Of a stretch of DNA of 64,000 nucleotides, positions 39,554-49,290 are shown one piece after another. Where the stretch lies: NCBI GenBank assembly GCA_946186115.1, contig CAMHLV010000006.1:13950-77949 (forward strand). The letters run 5' to 3'. The stretch is from an uncultured Prevotella sp. Its GTDB lineage: Bacteria; Bacteroidota; Bacteroidia; Bacteroidales; Bacteroidaceae. The translations under genes and the position numbers were made by a program. Under the pieces are notes generated by a model, which ran no database searches, was not told where the DNA came from, and saw nothing but the letters and a program-made list of their open reading frames with translations. Within the stretch, counting starts at the first letter, position 1; each line of letters begins with the position of its first letter.

Positions 39554-41080
39554 ATGAAACAGCTTCTAAATCGATATTGTTACATTGGTTTTTCGTTACT
39601 TCTTGGTATCGGAATATGGGTGTTTTGGTCTGTTGGCTATCCCTTTGCTCTGTCGTATCATGAGCAGAATCAGCTGTTTCTTTTTACGTGGGATTATTTC
39701 TTTGAGCGCTTGAGTGTTGCCGGTGGCTTGGCCGACTGGCTGGGTGAGTTCATCGTGCAGTTCTTTTATATTCCATGGTTGGGAGCAATGCTTATAGCCC
39801 TACTTATGACTATCGGGATTTTTCTTGTTGCTCAGTTTACTACGAAAAAACTGTCATGCAGGTCGGCTTCCATGTCTTTTGTCAAAATTGTTGCTGTGAT
39901 TCTTTCTCTTCTTTTTGCAGCAGCTCTTACATGGCTGATGGGCGATGTTAATGTGATGTGGGTCTTCCCTGTAGCCATTGTACTGGCATTGTCACTGGCA
40001 TCTATCAGTTTGCCGCGACGACTGTGGTGGACAGATATATTCATCATCCCCATTGCTTATTGGCTTATAGGTCCGGCAGTGTGGATATATATATTGTTGC
40101 GTGCAATAGAGTGGGGGTGGCATCGTCTATGGTCGGCAGTATGGCTGATGGTTGTTATGATGGTTTCATATTTCTGGCTGTTGCCCCAGTGGCCGCTTCA
40201 ACAGGTGCTTTCTGGGATAAGCTACTATCGCATCCCTTTGCAGTATCCGCAGTTGAATGGTTTCGACAGCGAAACATACGAGTTGATACATATGGACTAT
40301 CTGGTTCGTAACGAACGGTGGGACGACATACTGAAGCGTGCCAGTGAAAGCGAGGTGCGCACTGCTTTTTGGTCTAACTGTGTCAATCTGGCTCTCTCTC
40401 AGAAGCGCCAGCTGGCCGAGCGTCAGTTCGAATTCTACCAGAGTGGCGACGATGCCCTCATTATGCCTAGTATGCGTGACCAGACCAGTAATCTGCCTTC
40501 AGCTGAGGCTTTCTTCCGATTGGGTATGATCAATTCTGCGCAGCGCTATATGTTTGATATACAAGAGTCTATACTGAATGGTAGGATGAGTGGCCGTTGC
40601 ACAAAGCGCATAGTTGAATGTATGCTCATCAACGGTCACTATCAGACGGCTGCCAAGTACATTGCTCTGCTTAAAAAGTCGCTCTTCTATCGCAGTTGGG
40701 CTGAGGAGGCAGAGCAGTATTTAGGTAATGAATCCAAAATAGACCACCACCCTGTGTGGGGACGTTTGCGCCGTTTCCGTTTCAAAACCGATTTTCTTTA
40801 TAGTCATCCTGAGAAGTATAAGATTCTTGGCTTGCTGTTTATGGAAAATCACGACAATAAGATGGCTCTCGACTACTTTTTAGCCGAGTTGTTGCTGCGT
40901 GGCGACGTACCGGGATTTGCCCAGTATCTGCCCCTGGCAGAGCAGTATGGCGGCTATTCAAAGATGCCTGCCGGTTATGAAGATGCAATAAGGACTATTC
41001 AGAGTCATGGTAATGCTTCAGGCACAAAATATGGACCTTATGTACAGCGGATGTTGATGCAGAAAGGAGGCTCAGAATGA
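39554..41080 (+). CDS. DUF6057-like membrane/TPR protein (copy 3)
   Basis: YHEQNQLFLF, GGLADWLGEFIVQFF, NLALSQK, AEAFFRLG; ATGA overlap with the next gene. Confidence 0.75.
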   Translation: MKQLLNRYCYIGFSLLLGIGIWVFWSVGYPFALSYHEQNQLFLFTWDYFFERLSVAGGLADWLGEFIVQFFYIPWLGAMLIALLMTIGIFLVAQFTTKKLSCRSASMSFVKIVAVILSLLFAAALTWLMGDVNVMWVFPVAIVLALSLASISLPRRLWWTDIFIIPIAYWLIGPAVWIYILLRAIEWGWHRLWSAVWLMVVMMVSYFWLLPQWPLQQVLSGISYYRIPLQYPQLNGFDSETYELIHMDYLVRNERWDDILKRASESEVRTAFWSNCVNLALSQKRQLAERQFEFYQSGDDALIMPSMRDQTSNLPSAEAFFRLGMINSAQRYMFDIQESILNGRMSGRCTKRIVECMLINGHYQTAAKYIALLKKSLFYRSWAEEAEQYLGNESKIDHHPVWGRLRRFRFKTDFLYSHPEKYKILGLLFMENHDNKMALDYFLAELLLRGDVPGFAQYLPLAEQYGGYSKMPAGYEDAIRTIQSHGNASGTKYGPYVQRMLMQKGGSE

Positions 41081-42555
41081 GGTGTTTACTTGATAAACTT
41101 TTTGTGATATTGGTGTTAGCTGTTTTCATTGGTTGTTCGTCGTTGTCGACCGATGTGGTGAAAACAGATGCCTTGCCAGATATATATCCTGACTATGTCG
41201 ATGTGACGATACCTGCCGACATTGCTCCTCTCAATTTCTCCATGAATAGTGATGACATCGATTTAGTCGATGTCACTATCCGCGGTAGTAAAGGCGGCGA
41301 AATACATGCCAATGGCGAGTATGCCGATTTTGATATCGACGACTGGCATCAGCTGACACAGCAGAACAAGGGAGGACTACTGACCGTTACGGTTTGCTCG
41401 TGCAAAGATGGTCAATGGACTAAATATCAGGACTTTAATATTACCATAAGTCAATATGACCTCGACGAGTTCGGAGTGACTTACCGTCGCATTGCCCCAG
41501 GCTATGAGGTAGGTGGTGATATCGGCATATTTCAGCGCGACATCCATACCTTTGATGAGTATGCCATCATGCAGGAGTCGGCACTTCCTGGCCGATGCTT
41601 CAACTGTCATACTCCCAACCGTACCAATCCGCAACAGTTGACGCTTCAGATACGCGGTGAGGGTGGGGGAACACTGCTGCAACTGGCTGACGGACAACAA
41701 CGGTGGCTAAACACCAAGACTGATTCTACACAAGCTGCAGGATCTTATGCCTATTGGCATCCGTCAGGCAACTACTGTGCCTATGCCACCAACAGCGTAC
41801 ATCAGAGTTTCTTCGTGGGCAAAGGCCAGCGCATTGAGGCCTACCATGAGTTCAGCAATGTAGTGGTCTTGGACGTTCGGACGAACGAACTGATACTGAC
41901 ACCCGAGCTGATGACGACGACGGACCTTGAGATATTTCCAGCCTTCTCGCCCGATGGCAAATGGCTGTATTACAGTACGTCGAAAGCTTGTCGCGTGCCA
42001 GCAGAGTACGAGAAGGTGAAGTGCTCGGTATGCCGTATTCCGTTCGATGCCGCTACTGGCACGTTCGGCCATGAGGTTGACACACTGCTCAACGGACCCA
42101 AGGATGACTGCAGCTATACGCTGGTGCGTCCTTCGTATGACGGCCGCTGGCTGATGTATACGGTCTCCAGTCGTAGCAATTTCCCTGTATTCCAGCCAGA
42201 TGCCGACCTGTGGCTGATGGACCTGACGACGGGAGAGAGCCGTCCCCTAAAAGAAGTCAATAGCAATCAGGCTGACAGCTATCACAACTGGTCGGATAAT
42301 TCCCATTGGTTTGTGTTCTCATCGAAACGTGATGACGGTATGTTTGCCCGTCTGTATTTCGCTTCGATTGATGCCGAAGGAAAGGTGACTAAGCCTTTCC
42401 TGCTACCTCAGCGCAATCCTAAGAAATATTATGCTGAATCGTTCGATTCGTTCAATGTGCCCGACTTCACAAAGACTAAGGTTGACTTCGACATTCGTGA
42501 GGCTCGTCGGCAGGTGTTACGCGATGAACGGATACAAGTTAGGATTAAAGATTAA
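41077..42555 (+). CDS. TolB-like/PD40 lipoprotein with CFNCH motif (copy 3)
   Basis: Lipobox FIGC; IYPDY, YWHPSG, PAFSPDG, HNWSDNS, SKRDDG. Confidence 0.8.
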   Translation: MRCLLDKLFVILVLAVFIGCSSLSTDVVKTDALPDIYPDYVDVTIPADIAPLNFSMNSDDIDLVDVTIRGSKGGEIHANGEYADFDIDDWHQLTQQNKGGLLTVTVCSCKDGQWTKYQDFNITISQYDLDEFGVTYRRIAPGYEVGGDIGIFQRDIHTFDEYAIMQESALPGRCFNCHTPNRTNPQQLTLQIRGEGGGTLLQLADGQQRWLNTKTDSTQAAGSYAYWHPSGNYCAYATNSVHQSFFVGKGQRIEAYHEFSNVVVLDVRTNELILTPELMTTTDLEIFPAFSPDGKWLYYSTSKACRVPAEYEKVKCSVCRIPFDAATGTFGHEVDTLLNGPKDDCSYTLVRPSYDGRWLMYTVSSRSNFPVFQPDADLWLMDLTTGESRPLKEVNSNQADSYHNWSDNSHWFVFSSKRDDGMFARLYFASIDAEGKVTKPFLLPQRNPKKYYAESFDSFNVPDFTKTKVDFDIREARRQVLRDERIQVRIKD

Positions 42556-42580
42556 TGAACATTATAACAGATATAAAGCA

Positions 42581-43225
42581 ATGAAGAAGATACTTTTATT
42601 ACTACCGGCGCTGATCCTGATGCTTAGTAGCTGTAAGGAAAGCAATGTATGTCGTATTCATGGCAAGGTTGCCAACGAACAGCTGAACGGCAAGCGGATA
42701 TTCCTTGTACCGCTGTTTGGTCCACAGACTGCCGAGTATGTTGATAGCATCGAAGTGAAAGACGGAAAATTTGAATTTGAGACCGATACCACGATGATGG
42801 CCAAGATACTGATGGACTATCATTTCCGCATTGGTGTGCAGACGCTGTTGGTAGTTACTGAGCCTGGCGACTTGGAGGTCACCATCGATTCCGTCAGTTC
42901 TGGTCATGGTACTCCTCTGAATGACTCTTTGCAAGCTTGGAAAGAGCTGACGGAGCACCACAACCGCGAATATGCCCTATATAGCCGTACGATTCGCATG
43001 CTGCAAGAGAGAAATCTCACTGATAAGGCTGCCAAAATCAAGCAAGAGGGTGATTCCGTTCATTTGGCTTATAAGAATCGTACACGCCAGATGGCTGCCA
43101 ATAATAAGGGCACTGTTCTGGGTGATTTCCTCGTAGAACTCTACCCGCTCACTTACAAGCGTCAGATGCCCGACGGCAGTGTAGTAACCATGAATGCTGA
43201 CACAAATGAACCTATTAGTGAGTAA
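42581..43225 (+). CDS. DUF4369-like lipoprotein without a thioredoxin domain
   Basis: Start moved to ATG 42581; lipobox LSSC; DSIEVKDGKFEF, EPGD, GTPLNDSLQ. Confidence 0.7.
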   Translation: MKKILLLLPALILMLSSCKESNVCRIHGKVANEQLNGKRIFLVPLFGPQTAEYVDSIEVKDGKFEFETDTTMMAKILMDYHFRIGVQTLLVVTEPGDLEVTIDSVSSGHGTPLNDSLQAWKELTEHHNREYALYSRTIRMLQERNLTDKAAKIKQEGDSVHLAYKNRTRQMAANNKGTVLGDFLVELYPLTYKRQMPDGSVVTMNADTNEPISE

Positions 43226-44957
43226 ATACTGGAAGATTCTTCTCTCGCTGGCTTTCGGCGTGGTGGCCTTCCTCTTTTGGTGGCTGGCATATCCTGTCAT
43301 GACGGCTTACCAAGAGCAATATCAGCTTTTTTTGTTCGACAGTGACTATATCTGTCATTTGCTTAGCGTCCCTGACGGTCTTGCCCGGTGTATAGGAGAG
43401 TATTTTGTCCAGTTCTATATCAACCATGCCTTGGGAGCACTGGTGCTGGCCGTTCTTCTGGTATTGATTCAGCGGATTACGACATGGATAATGAAGTCGA
43501 TTTATACTGGTGCAGCCAATGCCCATTATGCCTTGAGTTTCCTGCCGTCTCTGTTTCTATGGCTAATACTTGGCGACGAGAGTGTATTGCTTACTTTCTC
43601 TGTTGCCTTGCTTATGGGATTGGCGGTCATGGGGCTCTTTGAGTGGCTGCCAGTTCGGTTCCGTGCGTTTTTTATCATAGTTATAATACCGTGTCTCTAT
43701 TGGATGGCCGGTTCTGTAGTGCTGATGACTGCAGCCTATATCGCCCTGCGCCTGTTGCAGGAAAAGCCTCTGACGCGAAAAGCGGTAGTGAGTGCCGTGT
43801 TGGTGTTGGCCTATGCAGTAGGTTGTATTGTGGCGAGTGCGTGGTATGTGCCATATCCCTTGGAGCAACTGTTCCGTGGTGTTGACTACTATCGCTTTGT
43901 TGAGGTGTTCTATACCTTGCCAGCAATACTTATGGCCGTATGTGCCTTGTTGCCTTTAGCTATGAGGTGGCTGCCTTCAGCAAAGGGCCGTCAGGCTTTG
44001 GTTATTGGGATAGCTGAAGGCGTAGTGCTGATAGTTGCCTTCCTGCTGTTGCGTCCCTTGTTTTATGATGCTCGTAAATACGAGGTTATGGAGTACGATT
44101 ATCTTGTGCGCTGCAAGAACTGGTCGGCCATTATCGCCAAGGCTGAAAAGAAGACGCCTGATTTGCCGTCAACGGTCTGTGCCACAAATCTGGCACTGGC
44201 GATGAAGGGGCAGTTGGGCGACCGTGCCTTCGAATTCTACCAGAATGGTGTACAGGGATTGCTGCCTCAATTCGAGCGTAACTTTTCTACCCTGCTCTTG
44301 GCAGGAGAAGTATATTGGCAGCTTGGGTTGGTCAATACGGCACAGCGCTATGCATTTGAGGCTATGGAGGCTATCCCCGACTATTCTAAGAGTTGCAGGG
44401 CTGTGAAGCGATTGGTGGAGACCAACCTGATAAACGGCCAGTATGATGTTGCCCGCAAGTACCTGCAGATGCTTGAGAAAACGGTATCTTACCGTAAGTG
44501 GGCTCAGCGCACAAAGAAACTTTTGGGCGACGAGAAAGCCATTAATGCCGACCCTGTCTATGGCCATATGCGCCAGCTCAGACTGAATGACGATATGCTC
44601 TTCAGCGAGCAAGAACTCGATAAGATCATAGGACAGTTGTTGATGCAGAATCCCAAAAACGGCATGGCCATGCAGTATCTGTTGCTCTATCCGTTGCTTG
44701 AGCGCGACATCAATAAATTCATGAACTATATGACTTATGTCGATGGGCTGAAGTCGGGCTATCGTCCTCGTATCTGTCAGGAAGCCGTTGCCTTTGCCTT
44801 TGCACAGCGTAACCAGCAGCCGCCACAGGGCTTTGTCAATCCATTGGTCATGAACAGTTTCTCTGACTTCGCACGCATTTATTCTGCTGGTTCCAATGCT
44901 GCCGCTTTGGAACGCTTCAAGAATACTGCTTGGTATTACTTAATGGTAGGGAGATAA
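43206..44957 (+). CDS. DUF6057-like membrane/TPR protein (copy 4)
   Basis: YQEQYQLFLF, GLARCIGEYFVQFY, NLALAMKG, GEVYWQLG, TAWYY. Confidence 0.75.
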   Translation: MNLLVSKYWKILLSLAFGVVAFLFWWLAYPVMTAYQEQYQLFLFDSDYICHLLSVPDGLARCIGEYFVQFYINHALGALVLAVLLVLIQRITTWIMKSIYTGAANAHYALSFLPSLFLWLILGDESVLLTFSVALLMGLAVMGLFEWLPVRFRAFFIIVIIPCLYWMAGSVVLMTAAYIALRLLQEKPLTRKAVVSAVLVLAYAVGCIVASAWYVPYPLEQLFRGVDYYRFVEVFYTLPAILMAVCALLPLAMRWLPSAKGRQALVIGIAEGVVLIVAFLLLRPLFYDARKYEVMEYDYLVRCKNWSAIIAKAEKKTPDLPSTVCATNLALAMKGQLGDRAFEFYQNGVQGLLPQFERNFSTLLLAGEVYWQLGLVNTAQRYAFEAMEAIPDYSKSCRAVKRLVETNLINGQYDVARKYLQMLEKTVSYRKWAQRTKKLLGDEKAINADPVYGHMRQLRLNDDMLFSEQELDKIIGQLLMQNPKNGMAMQYLLLYPLLERDINKFMNYMTYVDGLKSGYRPRICQEAVAFAFAQRNQQPPQGFVNPLVMNSFSDFARIYSAGSNAAALERFKNTAWYYLMVGR

Positions 44958-44961
44958 AATT

Positions 44962-46431
44962 ATGAACAGATATATACTCTTAATGTTCGGATGCTGGATG
45001 GCCGTTGTGACATCCTGCCAGCGTCAGGTGGAGAATGCTGTCAAAGTAGATGAACTGCCAGCAATATATCCTGACTATGTCGATGTGACGATACCTGCCG
45101 ACATTGCTCCTCTCAATTTCTCCATGAATAGTGGTGACATCGATTTAGTCGATGTCACTATCCGTGGCAGCAAGAGCGGCGAACTGCATGCACGGGGCGA
45201 GTGGGCTGACTTCGACATTGACGACTGGCATCAGCTGACACAACAGAACAAGGGAGGAGAGCTGATGGTTACCGTCTGTGCACGAATGGATGGGCAATGG
45301 ACACAGTATCGAGACTTTAAGATTTCTGTAAGTCCCTATGCGCTGGACGAGTGGGGACTGACCTACCGGCGTATTGCTCCCGGCTATGAGACCTATAGCC
45401 ACATGGGGCTCTACCAGCGCGATCTGTCTAACTTTGACGAGGAAGCCATTATAGACAATACGCAGATTCCAGGACAGTGTGTCAACTGCCACATGTCAAA
45501 CCGTACAGATCCCAGCCGTTTTGTGTTCCACGTCCGTGGCCAGCATGGTGCCACTATGGTGCAGATTGACGGACACCGTGAATGGCTGGCTGCCAAGAAC
45601 GAGCTTCTCGGAGGTTCGATGGTCTATCCCTATTGGCATCCAAGTGGTAAGTATTGTGCCTTCTCTACAAATCAGACCAGACAGGGATTCCATGTTGTGA
45701 AAGACTCTCGTATCGAGGTGTTCGACCTCTCGTCAGATGTCTTCGTATATAATCCTCTGACGCACGAAATCATCAGAGACTCACTACTGGCGACTAAGGA
45801 CTGGTCAGAGAATTCTCCTGTCTTCTCGCCCGATGGCAGATGGCTCTACTATATGACCTGCAAGCAACAGGAGTATCCTGTTCAGTTTAAGGATGAGAAG
45901 TATAATTTGTGCCGCATAGCCTTCGACCCTGAGAAAGGAACCTATGGCGATAAGGTCGATACGTTGTTCAATGCTGTGGCTATGGGCAAGAGTCTTACGT
46001 GGCCTCGTCCTTCATACGATGGCAAATACATCCTGTTCACACTAACCGACTATGGTTATTTCTCTATATGGCACGAAGAGAGCGACCAGTGGCTGCTTGA
46101 CTTGCAGACGGGCGAGGCACGCGAAATGAAGGAGATGAACAGTCCTCGTGCCGACAGCTATCACAACTGGAATGTCAACTCCCATTGGGTGGTGTTTACC
46201 AGTCGGCGTGACGACGGCCTATATTCTCGTCTTTACATATCGTGTATCGACAATGAGGGACGTGCCCACAAGCCGTTTATGCTGCCTCAGCACAACCCCA
46301 AGAAGTATTACGATGGCAGTGTCTATTCTTTCAATACCCCGGACTTTACCAAGCGGAAGGTGGATTTCGACACTCATGCTGCTGCTATCGAAATCATGGG
46401 CGATAAGCGAGTCGAGACCAAGGTTAGATAA
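44962..46431 (+). CDS. TolB-like/PD40 lipoprotein with CVNCH motif (copy 4)
   Basis: Lipobox VTSC; IYPDY, YPYWHPSG, PVFSPDG, SRRDDG. Confidence 0.8.
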   Translation: MNRYILLMFGCWMAVVTSCQRQVENAVKVDELPAIYPDYVDVTIPADIAPLNFSMNSGDIDLVDVTIRGSKSGELHARGEWADFDIDDWHQLTQQNKGGELMVTVCARMDGQWTQYRDFKISVSPYALDEWGLTYRRIAPGYETYSHMGLYQRDLSNFDEEAIIDNTQIPGQCVNCHMSNRTDPSRFVFHVRGQHGATMVQIDGHREWLAAKNELLGGSMVYPYWHPSGKYCAFSTNQTRQGFHVVKDSRIEVFDLSSDVFVYNPLTHEIIRDSLLATKDWSENSPVFSPDGRWLYYMTCKQQEYPVQFKDEKYNLCRIAFDPEKGTYGDKVDTLFNAVAMGKSLTWPRPSYDGKYILFTLTDYGYFSIWHEESDQWLLDLQTGEAREMKEMNSPRADSYHNWNVNSHWVVFTSRRDDGLYSRLYISCIDNEGRAHKPFMLPQHNPKKYYDGSVYSFNTPDFTKRKVDFDTHAAAIEIMGDKRVETKVR

Positions 46432-47887
46432 AACTCTCTGCTTCCAACTGTAATGCCTTTTCAACGTCTTTGGCATTGAAAGGGAGCTTGCCTTTTGATA
46501 ACTCAGGCACGTTGAACGACTTGAGAGTGTTGTCGTAGAAGGTTGGTGACTTCTGTGGCAGGCAGAATGGCTTGTGAGCCTTGCCATGACGGTCGATATA
46601 GCAGAAGTATGGTTTTCCGTAGAGGCCATCATCACGTTTGGATGCAAAGACGAACCATCGGCTGTTGCTCGACCATGAATGATATGTGTCACTCTTCGGA
46701 CTATTAACGAGTGCCAGTGTGTCAATAGTTCCGCTCTCCAGGTCCATCATGCGCAAGTCCGACTCCTGATGCCAGATTGGGAATGTGCCATACTCCTGAA
46801 CAGTGAAGAGCAGATAACGGCCGTCGGGGCTGATGCGTGGATGACAGACCGACTGTCTGGTGTGCTGCTCTTCAGCCGTAGCAAGCGTGTCAACCTTTGT
46901 GCCGATGCTGCCTGTGTGCTCATCAAATGGAATACGTACCAGGGCATACTGCAACTTCCTGATATCTTGTGGCAGCTTGACACTGTCGGCAGCACAGTAG
47001 TAGATGTATTTGCCGTCGGGCGAGAAGGTGGGGAAGGTCTCGAAGACCGTGCTGTCGCTGAGCAAGGGTGAACGGATAATACGGTTCTCCCGCAAGTCTG
47101 CTACGTAGACGTCAGACTTAGAATCAAAAACCTCCAGTCGCTTGCCTGCCTTGGAATGGAATCCCGGGATGATGAGATTGGTTGAGAAGGTGATGTAGCG
47201 GCCTGATGGTGAAAAGCCGTAATAGACGGAGCCGCTGATCATGTCGCTGGTTTTGATGGCCAGCTTGCGCAGCTGTCCATTCTGGTTGAGAATTGCTCCT
47301 CCGTTGGCTCCTCGGACATAGAGCATGGAGAGTTGGGGATTCTGGCTGCCGGTAGCGTGGCAGTTCATGCACTGGTTGTCAGCGTGGAGATAGTCGCAGA
47401 GGGCTTCTTCGTCGAAATTCTCGATGCAGCGCTGTTTGATTTGCAGACGGTTCCATATCTCGTAGTCGGGCTCTATCAGGCGATAGGTCAGATATGGGTC
47501 AAGCAGGTCTTTCACTACCTGCCAGTGAAACGAGCGGTAATTAGTCCATCGGCCGTCTTTAAGAACAGTTACCTTCACTGTGATATCTGAATTGGCGGCC
47601 AATAGCTGGTGCCATTCATCCTCGTCGAAAACTACTTTGTTTCCTCGGTTGTTGACGACAATATCTCCTGCTTCTACCTGAACAGCCTCTACGTCGTCTC
47701 GTATAAGGAAATTCAGTGGGGCAATGTTGGCTGGTATTGTCACATCGCAGTAGTCAGGATAGATTGGGGGCAGTGAGTCGCTCTGGCTGACGTTCTGTGG
47801 AGTAGGTGTGCAGGCTGTCACCATCAGAAATATGATAGCCGCGCATGCCGCTATGGTTGTTATTATCTTTGTTCTGAACTTCTTCAT
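46424..47887 (-). CDS. TolB-like/PD40 lipoprotein with CMNCH motif (copy 5)
   Basis: Lipobox VTAC; IYPDY, PTFSPDG, PRISPDG, HSWSSNS, SKRDDG. Confidence 0.8.
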   Translation of the reverse strand: MKKFRTKIITTIAACAAIIFLMVTACTPTPQNVSQSDSLPPIYPDYCDVTIPANIAPLNFLIRDDVEAVQVEAGDIVVNNRGNKVVFDEDEWHQLLAANSDITVKVTVLKDGRWTNYRSFHWQVVKDLLDPYLTYRLIEPDYEIWNRLQIKQRCIENFDEEALCDYLHADNQCMNCHATGSQNPQLSMLYVRGANGGAILNQNGQLRKLAIKTSDMISGSVYYGFSPSGRYITFSTNLIIPGFHSKAGKRLEVFDSKSDVYVADLRENRIIRSPLLSDSTVFETFPTFSPDGKYIYYCAADSVKLPQDIRKLQYALVRIPFDEHTGSIGTKVDTLATAEEQHTRQSVCHPRISPDGRYLLFTVQEYGTFPIWHQESDLRMMDLESGTIDTLALVNSPKSDTYHSWSSNSRWFVFASKRDDGLYGKPYFCYIDRHGKAHKPFCLPQKSPTFYDNTLKSFNVPELSKGKLPFNAKDVEKALQLEAESFI

Positions 47888-49290
47888 GGCTTCGGCGCTT
47901 TAACTTTGTCAAAATAGAACCAGTAGGTACCTCTGAAGTCTGTGCTGCCGCGCTGCTGGTTATACTGCATGAACTTATGCAGTACATTGCTGTCCTTAAC
48001 ATAGTGATGCCATTCTTCCTCGGTAGCCTCACTTCCGGCGAGCCAGATGCAGAGAGCCTCTTGATAGAGTCTCTTCAGTCGGGGATGTTGTGTGCAGTAG
48101 CGGTCGTAGTCGCGTTTGAAATTATGGATATCCTTCAGCAGAAGATTACTGCACAGTATATAGTCCAGTGCGGTCTCATTCTGCGGGTTGGAGTCGAGCA
48201 ACTGCATCATGATGAAGTGGGCATTGTCAGAGAGTGCCACAGTATCTTGCTGGTTGTTGTAACGGGCTCTTTCCTTATATCGTTCTGCCTTTGGCGCTTT
48301 TTGAGCCCAGTCATGCCATACGAAAGTCTGCTCCAGTTGGCGCAGAAACTTTCGGGCTGCCAACGAGTCGCCGCTGACGATGGCACACTCGGCCAGTCGC
48401 TTGACCATGCGGTTGTTGCGATTCTCTGGCGAGAAAACGCATGCCATCATAGCCGCCCGTTCGGTGAACGTCATGTCGCCCAGCGCCCAGTAGAGTTCGT
48501 TCATGTTCTTGATGGTCAGCATGGGGGTGTCCGGACCTATCTTATAGAAGGTGCCCAGCTGGTTGGGCGTGTATTTCAGCAGGACGTCGGGCAGAACGCC
48601 ACGCTGTGCCATCACCAGATTATAGTAGAAGAGCATCTCAGGTGATGGTTGTGCCTCGTTCTCTACTATGCTCACTACTTTGTCCCAATTGCCGAAGTAA
48701 TACTCGCTGTCAACAGCCAGAAACTTCTCGGAATCCCAGTCGGGTGTGCTCAGTCGGCCTAAGATATGGTAGCCGAACATCCAGTATGCGAGTGGAGTTG
48801 CCGCCAGAAAGGCTACAGCCGATATTTGCCAGCGGCGCCGTGACACTATCTTTAAAATAAGAAAGATAATGGTTATCCAGCCTATGAGTGCTATAGTGGA
48901 TGACAGTTTGAAGTCGAAGCGCAGATGAAAGACAGCTTCTATGGTGGCCAGCAGCAGTGCGATACCTGTTGCCAACCAAGGTTTGCATCCTATTTTCCTT
49001 AGTGTGGCATAGGTGACAGCCTGCAGTAGCAACAGTATAAGTGTCAGGATAGTGGCTCCTGCATAGAGGTAGTAGAAGAACTGCGTCAGGAAGTCGCCAA
49101 CAATGCTTGCCAGCCATCCAGGCTGGTCGAAATATGTGGAGAGGTAGTCGTACGACCAGAGGAACAGCTGGTTTTGCTCTTTATAGAAGAAATGATAGGG
49201 ATAGCACCACTGAAAAAAGGAGAAACAGGCAACAGCCCATATTCCCACCAATATCCATTTGAAGTCTTTCAGTCGAATACTTGGTTTCAT
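47884..49290 (-). CDS. DUF6057-like membrane/TPR protein (copy 5)
   Basis: Start ATG 49290 (ATGA overlaps on both sides); YKEQNQLFLW, GWLASIVGDFLTQFF, NELYWALG, TYWFY. Confidence 0.75.
   Translation of the reverse strand: MKPSIRLKDFKWILVGIWAVACFSFFQWCYPYHFFYKEQNQLFLWSYDYLSTYFDQPGWLASIVGDFLTQFFYYLYAGATILTLILLLLQAVTYATLRKIGCKPWLATGIALLLATIEAVFHLRFDFKLSSTIALIGWITIIFLILKIVSRRRWQISAVAFLAATPLAYWMFGYHILGRLSTPDWDSEKFLAVDSEYYFGNWDKVVSIVENEAQPSPEMLFYYNLVMAQRGVLPDVLLKYTPNQLGTFYKIGPDTPMLTIKNMNELYWALGDMTFTERAAMMACVFSPENRNNRMVKRLAECAIVSGDSLAARKFLRQLEQTFVWHDWAQKAPKAERYKERARYNNQQDTVALSDNAHFIMMQLLDSNPQNETALDYILCSNLLLKDIHNFKRDYDRYCTQHPRLKRLYQEALCIWLAGSEATEEEWHHYVKDSNVLHKFMQYNQQRGSTDFRGTYWFYFDKVKAPKP

Noticed and set aside
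27261-47887. Calling the propellers tolB of a Tol-Pal system
   Set aside because: No tolQ/R/A or pal nearby, they are lipoproteins with a different N-terminal domain, and there are five copies.
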